Part shown: positions 18,019-18,256 of the stretch, one piece after another
Numbering within the stretch: the first letter of the stretch is position 1
Layout: the number at the start of each line of letters is the position of its first letter
Notes under the pieces: generated by a model
Seen by the model: the letters and a program-made list of their open reading frames with translations, nothing else
Told to the model about the DNA's origin: nothing
Database searches by the model: none
NCBI GenBank assembly: GCA_040219255.1
Contig: JAVJSW010000024.1
Location: 1-18,256 of the forward strand
Direction: 5' to 3'
Origin: Sumerlaeia bacterium
GTDB taxonomy: Bacteria; Sumerlaeota; Sumerlaeia; SLMS01; JAHLLQ01
DNA length: 18,256 bases
Translations under genes and position numbers: made by a program

Positions 18019-18256
18019 GTAAACGTCCTACGAGCCCCATCTTGACCATCGCCGGGGTCCTGTGCGATTCTGCCTCCTCATTTTATACACGGAGAGCAGG
18101 TCATGGAACACAACGCCCCCGGCTTCACAACCGGCGCGAAGCGAACGCACTGGCAGGCGGCTGTCGCCCGGCAGGAGGTCAGCGGACTCTCGGCCGCCGC
18201 CTTCTGCCGCGAGCAAGGCCTGAGTTATCAGTCGTTTATCTCTTGGCGCAAGCGCT
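18019..18256 (+). mobile_element. IS66-family element, left end (partial; runs off the window)
   Basis: Starts GTAAACGTCCTACGAGCCCCATCTT; inverted near-identical copy at 1-140; encodes TnpA. Confidence 0.92.
18103..18256 (+). CDS. tnpA: IS66 accessory protein TnpA (ORF1), partial
   Basis: GGAGAG RBS, then MEHNAPGFTTGAKRTHWQAAVARQEVSGLSAAAFCREQGLSYQSFISWRKR, the IS66 TnpA signature W..(SGLS)..FCRE.GLS...F..WR.R. Confidence 0.88.
   Translation, partial: MEHNAPGFTTGAKRTHWQAAVARQEVSGLSAAAFCREQGLSYQSFISWRKR

Noticed and set aside
18028-18216. 62-aa minus-strand ORF
   Set aside because: Antisense to IS66 tnpA and the IS left end.

Overview
GC-rich bacterial window; the gene style (DWG-type kinase-WD40, Pro/Thr-linker giant secreted protein) suggests a PVC/Sumerlaeota-like host, which is inference only. 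Both ends carry the left end of the same IS66 element in inverted orientation (1-140 and 18019-18256). From left to right: (1) an IS66-truncated, frameshifted tail-fibre-like gene with an autocleaving chaperone (Peptidase_G2-like) domain; (2) a mirror-symmetric locus (~2031-5481) in which two diverged paralogues of an unrecognised ~220-aa protein each sit ~400 bp from a near-identical 3' half of tRNA-Arg(ACG) (att-like); the two halves are inverted and enclose a degenerate tyrosine recombinase and an IS66 right-end remnant; (3) a 1368-aa membrane Ser/Thr kinase with WD40 repeats and a CBM20-like tail; (4) a convergent GMC oxidoreductase with an N-terminal extension; (5) an internally deleted ISKra4/ISLre2-like element with a T5C5 slip motif; (6) a 1748-aa secreted metzincin (matrixin-like) protease with five Cys-bracketed ~152-aa repeats, followed by a strong terminator hairpin. 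The best candidate for an undescribed system is the twin inverted 'tRNA-half + leader + unknown gene' module around the recombinase.
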